From NCBI GenBank assembly GCA_047967505.1, contig CM106538.1: DNA of 64,000 nucleotides. One strand, written 5' to 3'. This document shows, one piece after another, positions 49,601-63,439 of this stretch. The DNA is from Dipteris shenzhenensis. Taxonomy: Eukaryota. Both the position numbers and the translations under genes were made by a program. Numbering within the stretch: the first letter of the stretch is position 1; every line of letters starts with the position of its first letter. The notes under the pieces are model-generated. The model was not told the origin of the DNA. It worked only from the letters and a program-made list of their open reading frames with translations, and did not search any database.

Positions 49601-52460
49601 AAGGGACTCAGAATAGGAGGCGATCACATGGCGCTGACATCTGCAGGGTGTACGGCTCTGTTCACTGCTGTAGAAGGGCCTGGCAGAGGCGCAATGATGG
49701 CAGGATGGATAAGCGCAGATGTGGAGCAGGTTTTGGGCCTGTTTGGAGGCCCTGGTTTAGGGCTGGAGAGTGGGCACCCAGAAGCAGCAGCAAGGAGGGC
49801 TGCAAGGGACTGACCCTGGGGGGCATATTTATAGCCCACACAGGTTGGCCAGGCAGGGTTATATAGGGCTGGGCCCTTGCCTAGCTTGGAGGGCCAAAGG
49901 CCCAAAAGTGTGGGCCCAAAAAGCCCCGGGTTGTGAGCCCTTATAGGGCTGGACCAGCCACAGACTGGTCGGCCAGTTTGCTGCAGACTGGTTGGTATTT
50001 TTGCCAGCCCTTGGGGCCCTATAAAAGGAGGTCCTTGAGGCCTCACTTCTTATCACTTGCAGCAAACAGCCAGCAGATAGGAGCAGCAAAGGAGCTTCCC
50101 TTGGGCCTATGTTCAGGAGGTGAAGGGAGCACAAGGAGCTGCAGACTAAGAGCTGAGAGAGCTGCTCACCTAGGCTGGTGCAAAGACAGCAAGGTTCGTT
50201 GTCTATTGATGAGTCTGCACATCTAATCTATGTGACGCACATTAAGTAAAGAAGTTTGTGATTCCACACCCCACACGCACACTGTGTGAGCTCTTGGGCA
50301 TTACTATAAGTCTTCCGCTGTACGTACCCGCTGTTGGGTCATTTCTAACAGAGAGGTGCTACAGTGAAGTCAGTAATGTTTGATGTGAAGACAAGGGATC
50401 CCATGATGTAATCAACAACACTGGAGCCCCCCCCATGTGGAAAGCATGTGAAACCACTTGGAGCGGGCCACCTGTCAAGACCATTATAGATAATGAGATC
50501 ATGTATCCTGCCGAGGTCTAATAGGGCCTGCCCATAAGATGAGAATGGACCTTGCATGTCAGTCGAAACCTGTAGCATACCTGCCTCCTCAAGGTCAACA
50601 TCTAGCAGTAGAGTGGAATCATCTCTGAAGTCAAGAATTGGTACCTGACGGGCCCTTGTCCTTGTGTTGAAGTCTCCCACTAGAAGGACTTCTCCGTGGC
50701 TAGAAAAGTCAACGATGGACTGATAAAGGGCAGCAAATGGGGATGTCTCATCATCACCTCGAATATCTCTGGCAAAGTGGAGGTCTCTGGGGGGAAGTAC
50801 CAAACTGCAAACAGATTTCGGCTGTCCATGTGTCGTATCTGGAGCCAAAGAAATCTGGAATGTGTATCTCTCTCCTCTACTGAAATGATCCCTTGGAGTG
50901 TGGATCTGAAAAGGACTGCAACTCCACCTGAACCTCGAACTCCTCTTGTACCCCTCGTCTCATCTATGTAGGTAGGCTCCCATGTATATCCGCTGACTAT
51001 TGGAAGAGGGCGCTCTGGACTCTGATGTGTCTCTGTATAGAAGACTATGTCGTGGCCTGTATAGGATTTCGAGAAGTTCCCTGGTTCTGACCATAAGGTA
51101 CCATTACAGTTCCAAATGGTGCAGGATAGGGTCTCGGATATATCTGAGTTTCATAGACCCCGCTTCCTTGTGTAGGGGAGGGGGCAGGTGCCCTACGGGG
51201 GCCTGTAAGAAGTCGTCCCTCTCGTACCACTGCCCACTTCCCCTCCTCCTGGGCCTGATCCCGTTGCTGCAGCAAAGAGCGCCTCTCCTCAACCTGTAGA
51301 GGTGTGAGGTTCTCATCCATAGAGATCGTTGGCTGATCTCAAAGGACTGACCTGCGTCGTAGAGTTGAAAGTCGTGCTTGAGTGTCATGGAACTGTATAA
51401 GCAGGGGTTGCTCTTGGTTGGGATCTCTCCCCACTCGCCATGCCCTCTCTATCCTGTGCTCAGCCACACCCAGGGTAGTGGCCACGAACGCAGTCGCATC
51501 TACCATCGGTGTAGCCTCAGTGCGTGGGATCCTGCGTACTTTGATGTTGAGAGCCTTACTGGCTCTTTGTTGTTGCTCCATGAGGGTAGTTGGAACGGTT
51601 ACCCTTGCGGGTTCCCGTTTGGCCATGTCAACCCATCTGGAAGTCTCCTCAATAGTAGATTGTATGCTCGCAATTTGTGCCTCGACCACCAGGGTACTCC
51701 CTGGGACAGTGTGTATGGTTGTGACCTCCCGTCGGAGCTGCATGATTTCCTGTCTGAGTCCCTGAATAAGACTCGCCTGCTCCTGAATGGACTTAGCTGG
51801 CTCCTGTATGATGCGGCTCTGATCTTGGTTGAAGTGGACTTGCTCTTGTGCGAAGCGAGTCAGCTCCATCTCACGCTCACGGAAACTATGTATCTCCGTG
51901 AGCAAGATCTCACGGGCCTCTGGTGTATCAGCCCACCCATGTCCATGTTGAAACTGTGGTGACTGTGGCATGAAAGAGTGAGACTCTGACTCCAAAAACT
52001 GGACAGTGACTGAGTGAGCAACGGAGATCACAGTGGAATGGATGAGGCAGTCCCAACGGGGTGTGGGAGGGTGGGCTAACTGAGAGGGAGAGGGGAGAGT
52101 GAAGCGTAATGCGGCACAGTGTATGACACCTCCGAAGTAGGGATCATAAGCTGTGCGAGAGTTGTAACAGGAGAAGAGGGGAAGGGAACAGCGACCGGCG
52201 CCATGGGCATGAGTATGTCACTGATCGTAGATGTAGAGGGAGTTGAGACTGGAACTAGAGCTGGGCCTGAAGTAGGGGTTGAAGTCGAAGTAGAGATAGA
52301 GATAGAGGGAGCTGAGGCTGGAGCTGAAAATGAAACTGACACTGTAGCGGGAGTTGAGGTTGAGATAGAGATAGAGGCTGAAGAAGCTGAGGCGGGTCCT
52401 ACCTTTGCCTTGCTGTCTACCCCGAGTCCACTTCGGTTGTAACGTGTGTTCACATCCTCC
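46679..52460 (-). mobile_element. Near full-length RTEX-like LINE, disrupted
   Basis: ORF1-like 51339-52031; endonuclease LVGDFNTRT/VVDYIM; RT NYRTIMIGH, FDTVP, GVKQGCPLSP and LLYADD with an internal RT duplication; 3' AATAAA plus (TC)n tail. Confidence 0.85.
49403..50350 (+). mobile_element. Solo LTR (948 bp) inserted in the LINE ORF2
   Basis: TGTTGG...CTAACA termini, 5-bp TSD GAGAG; both ends shared with 18229-19352. Confidence 0.9.
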
Positions 52461-54470
52461 AATTTGAAGTGTGTCGGTTGCTTTTTGTTGTTGTTGTTAT
52501 TGTCGTCTTTCTTGGCTTTGTCCCCTATTTCCCTTGGGGTGTGGGTGCAGGTCTTAGTGTCCGGTCGGGAGTGGGAGCACCGGTTCCCTCCCCATAATGG
52601 GAGGCACGTCCAGTGCGAGGTGGTGGAGAGGCAGGGCGGAAGCTTGAGGTGGAGAGGCAGCCAGGAGGTGGAGAAGGAGAGGCTAAGATGGCGAGCGATT
52701 TTGTTGTTGTTGTACCTTTGCCTTGCTGTCTACCCCAAGTCCACTTCGGTTGTAACGTGTGTTCACATCCTCCAATTTCAAGTGTGTCGTTTGCTTTTTT
52801 TTGTTGTTGTTATTGTCATCTTTCTTGGCTTTGTTGTCCCCCATTTCTCTTGGGGTGTGGGTGCCGGTCTTAGTGTCCGGCCGGGAGTGGGAGCATCGGT
52901 TCCCTCCCCATAATGGGAGACACGTCCAGTGCGAGGTGGTGGAGAGGTAGGGCGGAAGCCTGAGGTGGAGAGGCAGCCAGGAGGTGGAGAAGGAGAGGCT
53001 AAGATGGCGAGGGATTTTTTTGTTGTTGTTTTTGTGGTTGTTTGGTTTTTTTTTTTGAAGTTAAAAAAGAAGAAGAAAGAGGCGAAGGTGGCGAGGAGAG
53101 TAGAGAAGGGGGGGCGGTGGATGAAAGGTCTAGGATATCCGGATGTAAGGGTGCATATGGCGATGTCTCACCCTCCTCTCACGCAAGTCTGGCGAGGTGG
53201 GATGTGTCTGCCGGGAAGTAGCATACCGCTATGAAAAGGTCACGAGTGGCCGTGCGTTGGATCCAGATCCACATGAATCGGGAGTGTGTGTCCTTCCTCT
53301 CAACGGAGATGGCTCCAGCGAGGGAAGACGTGTACAATACTTCGACCTTGCCTGATCCTTGAACTCCACATGTATCCTTCGTCTAATCCCAGAAGGCTGA
53401 CTCTTATGTGTAGCCACTGACTATCGGTAGTGGACGCTTTGGGCTCTGGTGTGTCTCCATGTAAAAGATTATGTCTCGTCTTGTGTAAGATTCTGAGAAG
53501 TTCCCTGAGTCTGACCATAAGGTACCATTACAGTTCCAAATGGTGCAGGCTAGGGTCTCGGAAACTTGAGTCTCATAGGCCCTGTCCCCCTAGGGGGCAT
53601 AGGTGGGAGTCCGACGGGTGCCGGTCAGCAACCTACCATCTCGGACCACGGCCCATTTGCCCTCCTTGCGGGCAACATCCATGGGCGATCGCCTCCTCCA
53701 TGGGCATCGTGGTGGTGTTGGTGTTGTCTCGTGTGATCCCTCGTATCCGGATGTTGAGGGCCTTCGAAGCCCTCTGCTGCTGCTCCTGTATGGCGGCTGA
53801 AACGGTTGCCTTTGCGGGCTCCCGTTTTGCCACGTCCACCCATCTAGTCGTCTTTGCTATAGCCGATTGTATCGTGGCTATCTGTGCCTCCATCTCTGTG
53901 ACTGGGGTCCCTCCAGGCGCTGCTCTGAGGGTCCCGAGATGGGTGATGTTGTGTCTGAGCCCTTGGATAAGGGTGCCCTGCTTTGTATAATGCGGGGCTG
54001 CTCTTGGGTATAGTGGGCCTGCTCCTGAGCGTAATGTGTCAGATCTGCCTGACGGGCCCGGATGCTGTGAAGGTGGGCTGTTGAGGCTGTACTAAGGGTG
54101 GGGACAACGTGATTTGGGCAGGGGAGTGGTGTGTAGGAGTAGCGAGGCCGGACGAGGCGATGAAGGGTGGCTAACTGAGAGGTAGAGGGGATACGAGGGA
54201 GAAGTACTGTGGAGCCGTGGTTGATGGGGCTACTGGGGAGGAGGCTTGTGATGATGATGCAGGAGAGGGAGAGGGGAGAGGTGGCGTAGGATGAGGTGGA
54301 TGCGGATGATGGTGGCGAAGTGGTGGTGGTAATCATAGTGGTCGAGGTTGTGGTGAGCGGCATGGGCTTCGGGTGGGCCCCTTTCTTTTGGGCCGCGGTG
54401 CTGTCCAGTGTCAAACTGCTCCGGTTGCCTTGTTGTTGAAGTTCTCCAAGTTGAGTTGCTTTTATGTTTT
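52400..54470 (-). mobile_element. LINE 5'/ORF1 fragments with a ~310-bp tandem duplication (52400-53020)
   Basis: EAQIATIQSAI..RWVDVAKREPA..KALNIRIRG is paralogous to the 51339 ORF. Confidence 0.6.
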
Positions 54471-54740
54471 TCCCTTGTCACCGTTCCCCTTCCCCATCTC
54501 CTCGTGTATGTATATTTGGACTGAAGGGTCTCCCGCCTAAGTGAGTCCCTGTCCTCATCCCCCTTTGTCCTTCATTATGGTAGAGGGCTGGGTTCAGAGG
54601 TTGAAAGGTCCTCCAAGAAGAAGGAATCCAAGCCAAGCTCAAGCTCAATCACACCTCGAAGGGTCTGGTCATCAACCGGACTGTGAAGGGGGGGGGCTGT
54701 AGTAGTCGAATTGAGAGGTCTGTCGTGTGGGTGTTTGGGG

Positions 54741-54800
<60 letters not shown>

Positions 54801-54803
<3 letters not shown>

Positions 54804-57510
54804 ATTAAAGTCTTCGGGAGACCGTGAAGGTCTATGAGCCTAAAGATAACTGATACAATGAGCATAACGGTGGCGGTCTCAAAACGGGCCAGCCAACCGT
54901 TTCTACAAAAAAGAGGTTATGAAGGACTGTGTGTCTAGTCCTGATACAAAAAATATGGGTCTACCTCTAGACGATACAAAAAAGAAGGGGGGGGCACCAA
55001 AAATGGGGCAGAGGGGGGAGATACAGTATACATGTGCAGGTGGTGATCGTCAGAGACAAATCATAGAGGGGCCGTCAAATGGGAGGTCGGAAAAAACCCT
55101 GCGATAGATGATTGGCCTCTAACGTCACGTGGCCTAGTCGAGCTCGGTCGTCGGGGGGGGCGGATGGCCCTGTGGATGAGGGCAACGGTAACCCCAGTGG
55201 GGCGGGCAGAGAGCAGAGATGAGATGTCATGGACCTGGATGTGTGAGTCTGTCCGTTGGCGCAGTTGTCGTGGCTCTGGCTCTCGCTCACGTCCGTGTCG
55301 TCGGCTAGACTGAGAAGAGGTATCTTGTGACTGGAAGAAGTCAGTGATAGGCCGCTGGGTGTCCTCACGCTGTGTGTGCTGCTCGTGTCGCCGTGCTCGG
55401 ACAGAGGTATCTCGGTGGCGAGTCATATCATGTAAGAAAGCGGCTAGGCATCGTTGATCCGGGAACTGCAGCATGTGTGGGAGGGAGCCGAATCCGTTGC
55501 GGAAGAGGCAGTGGTACCGGCCTCGAATGGCATAATAGATAGGACATCTGAAAGTAAGGCGCTTCTCTGACTCGATCTCCTGCAAGTCGCAGAGTGGGCA
55601 AAGGTGGTCCTCTCGTGGGATACCCTCTGCGCGTCCACTCTCGATCCGTAATCGGTGTGACGAGACCCTAAACTGACCGAGGGAGATTCGGAGCGCATGT
55701 GGTAGATGAAGCTGTGTGTAACCCGGAGGTGTGATGAAGCCCTCCTGTGAGATTTGGAGGCAGTGTCGGCGGTAGAAGTCGAGCTTCACAGGAAGCTCGG
55801 AGTGAAGAAACCATGTCCGCCAGGTGTGGAGCTGGAGCAGATCCGCTCGAATGAGCCGGTTGACCTCCTGGTCTGTGGGGGAGAGGGGAGATGGTGGAGC
55901 GTCGAGGTTGTACTGAAAAGGAGGCAACCGGTCTAAGTCGAGGCCCAGTCGGGTGAACCAACTGGAAAGTTAACTATAGCAGCATCGCTGGTCCCCATCA
56001 ACGGATAAGGCCATAGAGGAGGATAGGGCTAGCCAAGGTCGGCGGAGGCGACCGTCGGCGGAGTAGCTGAAATCCCTGACTCTGTGGAGATAGGTGATAG
56101 CCTGAAAAGCCGTATCAAGCTGTAGGGGTGAGGCACCGAACTCTGCTAGAATGATCTGGTGTGGTACCGATGGTTTGTTGCAGATCATCCGAGCAAACAT
56201 CAGTATCTGTAGGTGCTCGACTCGAGCCCACTCTGTGTCTGAAAGGTCGACTCCCCACCAAGGGCTACCGTACATGCCTGCTGGGCGGACCAAAGAATCA
56301 AAAAGGAGAGACTTGGTCCGCGGGTCCTGGAAGTGGGAGTGGTAGCACTGTCGCTCCAGCCTGGCAAGAGCGGCGTATCCCCGGCTGATCCTAGCCTGCA
56401 TGGCAGGGCGCATCGTGAAGATCGGGCTTGAGAAGACAACGCCCAAGTATGTGTAAGAGTCAACTATCTCAACAGGGTCGCCGGCGAAGAGGAACTGCTC
56501 TCGGTGCATAGCGGGTCTGGAAGTGTTGAAGATCATCACCTTGGTTTTCCCAAGGTTGACCTTCAAGTCATGTGTATCACAGAAGACCTGAAGTCCATCC
56601 AGGTGTCGCTGAAGACCAGTAGCAGAAGAGGATAGTAGTACTACATCGTCTGCGTATAGGAGAATCTGGATGACAGCCTCCGCAAGAGAGCAGCCTGCAC
56701 CTCCGAGTGTCCTGATGGTGGTCTTGAGCTCGTCGATGTAGAGGCCAAATAGAGTCGGTGACAAGGGACAGCCTTGTTTAACTCCGATAATGCTCGTGAT
56801 CTCTGGGGTCCAGCTGGTGCCAATCCTGACTTGCCCCGTTACCCGCTCATAGAGAGCTACTATTGCCTAGATAATCATCGAGTCGTAGCCTAACTTCAGC
56901 AGACGTCTGATGAGTCGGGTGTGGGGAACGGTGTCGAATGCGTTGCGGAAATCCACAAAGCAACAATATACTCTCTGTCTCCTGTGTCTGGCCTCCTCAA
57001 TGATCCCTCTAAGTGTAAAAATGTGATCGTAAGTCGAGTGATCCGCCCTGAAGCCGGCCTGTCCGGATGCCCTGAGCCCCTGTACCTCTGCGCGAGCACT
57101 GACCTCGCCATCTAACACTGATGCATAGATCTTGGACATAACATGTCCAACCATGATGGTCCTGTAATTTCCTGGATCCATGGGATCTCCTGCTTTGTGG
57201 ATGGGTGTGATAGTGTTCAGGGTCCAGGCTCTGGGGAACCCGTGGCAGACAGCTTCATTGAACAGCGTTGCCAGGATGGGGGCTAGAGTTTTGATGCCAT
57301 AGGCAACAAACTCTGTGCATAGGCCCTCATGATTCTTAGCTCGACCGTTATGAAGCTAATGCGCTGCGTGGGTGACTCCCTGGGTTGTGAAGAGGATACA
57401 AGAAGTGGGGCGGGGGGTGGCTGAGAGGTCGGGAGGAGGCTGATCAGGGATATCATAGAGTGTGCGTGCGTAGGTGTGCCAGAGGGAAGTGTCCGTGAGG
57501 GGGGAGGGGG
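54801..57510 (-). mobile_element. 5'-truncated RTEX-like LINE flanked by (GA)n on both sides
   Basis: RT motifs in 55970-57181; CCHC in 55061-55927; 3' AATAAAC(TC)n. Confidence 0.88.
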
Positions 57511-57556
<46 letters not shown>

Positions 57557-57587
57557 GATGAAGCTAATGGTCATCTTTTTATTTCAG

Positions 57588-57720
57588 GATGCTGGTGCAA
57601 CTTTGGTTATCTGCCAGTGGGGATTTGATGATGAAGCCAATCACTTATTGATGAATAGAGGATTGCCAGCTGTGCGATGGGTGGGAGGTGTAGAGTTGGA
57701 ACTAATTGCTATTGCAACAG
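57588..57720 (+). CDS. CCT5: CCT5 coding exon 4 (absent from the ORF track)
   Basis: Acceptor TTTCAG; hand translation [44 protein letters not shown]; donor G|GTCTGT, phase 1. Confidence 0.93.
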
Positions 57721-57827
57721 GTCTGTGCTAGTCATTTGTGATGATTATGTTTTTACATAAGGACATTGAGTGTGCATAATCAATTTTTACTGTGAAATTT
57801 ATCTAAGTGTTGTTGACCGCACTTCAG

Positions 57828-57880
57828 GTGGGCGTATAGTTCCAAGGTTTCAAGAGCTCACTCCAGAGAAGCTTGGCAGG
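57828..57880 (+). CDS. CCT5: CCT5 coding exon 5
   Basis: Acceptor CTTCAG; (G)GRIVPRFQELTPEKLGR; donor AGG|GTAAGA, phase 0. Confidence 0.92.
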
Positions 57881-58924
57881 GTAAGACCTTTCTTAGATGA
57901 AGGCATCCATCATATGAATTTGTGAAGTCAATGGCACTTTAAATAACTCTATCGCCTTTAACTATGATGAATAAATATGTTAAATTTTCTTTCGCTCGCG
58001 AGTGTGTTGGTTTTAGTTTGGCATGCGATCTCTGAGATTGTTACTCAGCAAATTTTTTCATGCCTGCAGTGTTTTTGCATGCTGAACTGATTCTTTTTTC
58101 AAGATTTAGGGTTAATTATCTAATCCAATCCTGTATGGTTTCCACATTTGGCATGTTAAATGTCACTACCTTTAGTTTTATAAATTAAAAATAGCTTGCT
58201 ACGAATCATATTTGATGAGGTTTTGATAGTATTATGTGGCAAGCTACTTACAAGACTATAAGTTTCAGTAGGGCAAGCATGATGCAGGATGCAGGTCTTC
58301 AGATATGTCAAATATTGGGTCTTAGTGGCTTTGAAATGGGGCCAGCCCACAAAGCATCCAAAAGAAATAGCAGCATGCACAACAGGAAATATGGCAGAAT
58401 GCTCAACTGCATAAGTCAACCTGCAGACCGCCTAAATGAAATTTGAAGGCAGCTCAATTTAACATAATGGGTCTTGATAGCATCATCTGAGCTTCATCAA
58501 GGCATAGCACCAGATGGCAGATCCAAAGATAGCAGCCGTAGCTGTAGTGTACAGCAGCAGCAAGCGGCTGTGTAGTTGCAGCAGGGTGGGAGCCTGGATG
58601 GTCAGCAGCATGCAGGTGATTATGAGCAGACAATCAGTGCCTTAAGTTTCTTGAGCAGTGTTTTGCCAGCAATATGGGGTAGTGCATGGATCAGCGTAAG
58701 GCAGCTTCTAGGGCTTAGAAGTGATTATTAGGGCTGCTTGTGTCCAGCTCCAAAAGCGGTTCAGGTTTCGAAAGGATAAAGGAAAACACTCACTTTAGAA
58801 GGCTGTGCTATGTCCCTTAAGGCCATTCGTGGGTCTTATCCACTCCGGTTGTAGGTAGTGTCTATTCTATTCTAGGCCAGACTCCCATGTGTGGTCGCGT
58901 TCTTTGCCTTATCCTTATTGCTTT

Positions 58925-58961
<37 letters not shown>

Positions 58962-60443
58962 ATCTTCTCATTTTACTCTACCTCTTGTTGCAAATCTGTT
59001 CTCCTTGACGTGAGCTCCTCTTTGTTAGATTTACAGTACCATAGTGTTTGCATTCCGTGCAAATTTCCTGGGTCCTCTAGACAGGCTGAGTGTGTGTTGA
59101 TGCGGAAAATGGTTGTTACGAGATTGTTGGGAGCTAGCTGCTCTTGTGATAGGAACCTCGGTGCACTCGCAATTGTCCGAAGTGGAAGCAAGGTGCATGG
59201 AGGTGGAGGATTCCCCCCAAACCAAAAATAAATAAATAAATAAAAATCACCTACTTCAGCCTCATAGCATGCTGAGCACGCTTGCACAAGAGATGGCCAC
59301 ACTGTCATCGGGCTACTTACATTTTGCAGCTACACACTTGAGATAGCCTGAAAAGAGCCGGCAATGTGAGCTTCACCTGCTCATTGTGACGTGAATTTTT
59401 GGATGCTGTAGGCAATGTGAGCTTCACTTGAATCTGGTGAAAAGAGGAGGGCGACACAGAGAGTGGAGACGAGGTTAAGATGACTTGTGCCAAGGATATG
59501 TGCCGCTCATAAGGCGATTCTGTGCCACTATAAAGTGCTTGCTTATAACTTTAACTGATTGGCTAATTTTCCTTTCTGAATTTAGCAGTCACTATTGTAA
59601 GGAGATTTCAAATAGAAATTGAAAATCAGAGATACTAATGATTGAATTCCAGTCCTTAGATTTTCTATATCTTGAAGGAAGTCTGAGAAAGCATACAATG
59701 CATATGAAAGCAGGCAGACACTTCTGTTTTGAATTTTAGAAGTGAGTTTTAATAAGTTCTCCCGCCTCTGCATTGTGGTGTAGCAGTAGGATCACTAAGT
59801 AAACTTTTTACTCCTGCAAATAAATGAACTGCTCTTTGGGATGTTTAACTATTGATCCAAACTGAAATCGCTTTTGGGGGGCTAATTATCTGCTTGCTAT
59901 TTGAAGAGGCAGCCTTCGTAGTGAGATTCAACACTAGCAAGGCCAGGAAGGAATGTTGAAAGGCACTCAAATCCTAAGGTTTAATGCAGATGCATCTGAA
60001 GCAAAGCAAGGAGTGCATGCATCCAGGGGAGGAAGACAGAGCAAGGGCCATCTAGATTGATGGCACATAACTCATTGCATGTCATCTATGAGGCTAGGAT
60101 TTCACCCTAACTCTCAATGGTGGAATGGAAATGTAATGGTTTTGTGGATGGACTTATCTACTTAAATGATATCATGTTTGCCACACTTACCCAAGCTTTA
60201 CAGCCATAATAGAGGACGCAAAGCACCATCCAGCTTAGTTGTATGTGTTTGTTTTGTAGTAGTTAAGTTATTTTGAGATTTAGGCACTCTGATCCTCAGC
60301 AGGAAATGATACCCTTTTTGTCTCGCAGATTATTTGGTCCATCATGAATGGTTGTATTTTGTCTTCTCCTCTGTTTGCCCATCATTCTTATATTCTTCTT
60401 CTCTCTCCCCCTTCCCATCCTCCCCCCTTTTTTTTGTGAACAG

Positions 60444-60546
60444 GCAGGGCTGGTGAGGGAAAAATCTTTCGGAACAACGAAGGATCGGATGCTTTACATT
60501 GAGCAATGTGCAAATTCTAGAGCTGTGACAATCTTTATTAGGGGTG
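60444..60546 (+). CDS. CCT5: CCT5 coding exon 6; gene continues beyond the window
   Basis: Polypyrimidine tract plus [37 protein letters not shown]; donor G|GTAAGC. The six exons total 1156 nt in one frame with no stop. Confidence 0.93.
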
Positions 60547-61694
60547 GTAAGCTTCCTTGAAAGTTGGTTTCTGGTTTGGAGTTCATTTCTTGCTCTAGTG
60601 AAATACTGTTGCTGTGCTGTCCAGTACTGGGCTTATTCAACTTTGCTTGGAAAAGACATGACCTTGGTTAAGCTACTGTGGATCTTGCGTCTTGATCTTT
60701 TAGTAGAAATGCCACGAGCATAAATCCTTATTAATGTGTGGTAATGAGCACACGCCCAGTGTGAAAAGTTTTTGGAAATTAGTCCATAATCAGGCTTCTT
60801 CCTTGTAACAAAATCTGCTCACTCATCATCATCTCTAGAATCATCTCGGGAATCCTGATAAGGGTGGATAAAACTGGTCCTAATGGCATATGTCGTTTCA
60901 TTTCGCCACTTGCATCTTTGCTCCCGACACCTTTCATGGAGTTCATCTTTATTATATAGATATTCTAGCTCTTTTATGCACCCTTGTCAATGTGAATAAT
61001 GAATATGTACATATATTTTGTTTGTCTAATGAGAGACTCGATCAAGGGTTGGTACCCTTTATGGACACAATAAAATATAATTTGGTTGGACCTTCAGTTT
61101 TTAAACTCCCTTCGGACTGTAGAAGAGAAGTGTACTCCAAGCTTGCTTGAAACATTTGATTTTACTACAGCTTGTACTAAGAAAGATTTGGAGGACTTGA
61201 AGTCACGAATAGGAAAGTTTATTTCACCTTTTTATAAGGGGGGGGGAAGGGGGGGGGGGGGGGCGCAAAAAACTACTCCCATAAAGTGAACAAAATCCTC
61301 TAGAGCACGCTCAAAACGGAATGCATGAGAAAAAACACTTAGATGCAAAGTTTTAAGAGGTGAATAATCAACCTTGCATTTTTATTTTGGTTGGATGAAA
61401 TCAGAATAGCAAGTCCTGGTGCTTCCATTTTTGAGCTTCCATTGCTTCCAACACCCAACAACGAAGAATTAAGTGTTCGACACTCTCAGCTGCTCCTCCC
61501 CCTGTTATCTCTGCTGCCCCCCCCCCCCCCCCCCCCCTCTCTCAGCCAGCCCCGTCTCCCTCTCCCTCACCCAGCCAGCCCCGTCTCCCTCTCCCTCACC
61601 CTCGCTGCCCCCCCTCTCTCTCCCCTTGCCAGCCCCCTCTCCCTCTCTCCTCGCCAGCCCCCTCTCCCTCACCCTCCCGCTCCCCTTCCTCCTC

Positions 61695-62700
61695 CCGACT
61701 TCTACCGCCGACACTGCCTCCAGATCTCACAGGAGGGCTTCATCACACCTCCGGGTTACACACAACTTCATCTACCACATGCGCTCCGGATCTCCCTCGG
61801 TCAGTTTAGGGTCTCGTCACACCGATTACGGATCGAGAGTGGACGCGCAGAGGGTATCCCACGAGAGGACCGCCTTTGCCCACTTTGCGACTTACAGGAG
61901 ATCGAGTCGGAGGAGCATTTTGCTCTCAGATGTCCTATCTATTATGCCATTCGAGGCCGATACCACTGCCTCTTCCGCAACGGATTCGGCTCCCTCTCAC
62001 ACATGCTACAATTCTCGGATCAGCGGTGCCTTGCCGCTTTCTTACATGAGATGACCCGCCACCGAGATACTTCTCTCCGAGCACGGCGACACGAGCAGCA
62101 CACACAACGTGAGGATATCCAGCGGCCTATCACTGACTTCTTTCAGCCACAGGATACCTCTTCTCAGTCTAGCCGACGACGCGGACGTGAGCGAGAGCCA
62201 GAGTCACGACAGCTGCGTCAGCGGACAGATTCACACATCCAGGTCCATGACATCTCGTCTCTGCTCTCGGCCCGCCCCACTGGGGTTACCGTTGCCCTCA
62301 TCCACAGGGCCACTCGCCGCCCCCGACGATCGAGCTCGACTAGGCCGCGTGACGTCAGAGGCCAATCATCTATCGCAGGGTTTTTTCCGATTTCCCATTT
62401 GATGATCCCTCTATGACTGGTCTCTGACGATCACCACCTGCACATGTATACTGTATCTCCCTCCTCTGTCCCACTTTTTTGTGTCCCCCCCTTCTTCTTC
62501 TCTGTATCATCTGGAGGTAGACACATATATTTTTTGTATCAGGACTAGACATATAGTCCTTCATAACCTCTTTTTTTGTAGAAACGGTTGGTTGGCCCGT
62601 TTTGAGACCACCACCGTTATGCTCATTGTATCAGTTATCTTTAGTCTCATAGACCTTCACGGTCTCCCGAAGACTTTAATAAACTTTCTTTCTTTCTTTC
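61695..62700 (+). mobile_element. RTEX-like LINE 3' kilobase, close relative of 54801-55785
   Basis: DFYRRHCLQISQEGF...CPLCDLQEIESEEHFALRCPIY; same 3' UTR; (TTTC)n tail. Confidence 0.88.
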
Positions 62701-63439
62701 TTTCTCCTCCACCCGCCATCCCTCCCGCCCCCCTCCTCCACCCTCGCCCCCTCCCTCCTTCTCCCCCGCCCCACCCGTCTCCCTCTGCCAGCCCCCTCTC
62801 CCTCCCCGCCAACCCCCTCTCACCTTCCCGCTCCCCTTCCTCCTCCCTGCCCTCCCTCTCTTCCCCGCCCTCCCTCTTCTCCACCCCCCTCCTCCACCCA
62901 TGCCCCCTCCCTCCTCCCGTGCCCACCCTCTCCTCCGCCAGCCCCCTCTCTCTCCCTGCCAACCCCCTCTCCCTCGTCCCTCACCCTCCCGTCCCCTTCC
63001 TCCTCCCCGTCCTCCCTCTCCTCCACTCGCTAGCCCCCCCGCCCCTCTCCTCCACCCTCATTCCCTCCCTCCTCCCCCGCCCACCCTCTCCTCCTACCCG
63101 CCTTCCCTCTCTCCCTTGCCAGCCCCCTCGCCCACTCTTCCACCCGCCCCCCTCCCTCGCGTCCCGTCCCCTCCTTTCCTCTCTCCCGCCCACCCTCTCC
63201 CTTCCAACCAGCCAGCCTCCTCCCCCCCTCCCTTCATAACCCATAGCTCCCCTCCGCCTCGCCTCCCCCGTCTCCTCCTCCCCCCGCTGTTGCCTCCCTG
63301 CCTCCTCTCCTCTTCTTCCCCTCTCTCCTATCCTCTCCTATTCTTCTTCCTCCAGCGCTCGTGTTCCAGGGCGTCTTGGGCAGCAGTTTCACGGACGAAA
63401 CTTTTTCAGTGTTTGAATCGGCCTTTTCACATCGATTGG

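Noticed and set aside
58200-59270. Possible solo LTR in intron 5
   Set aside because: Composition is LTR-like, but matching termini and a TSD could not be identified
62700-63350. Proline-rich ORFs resembling extensins
   Set aside because: C/T low-complexity sequence between LINE fragments inside intron 6
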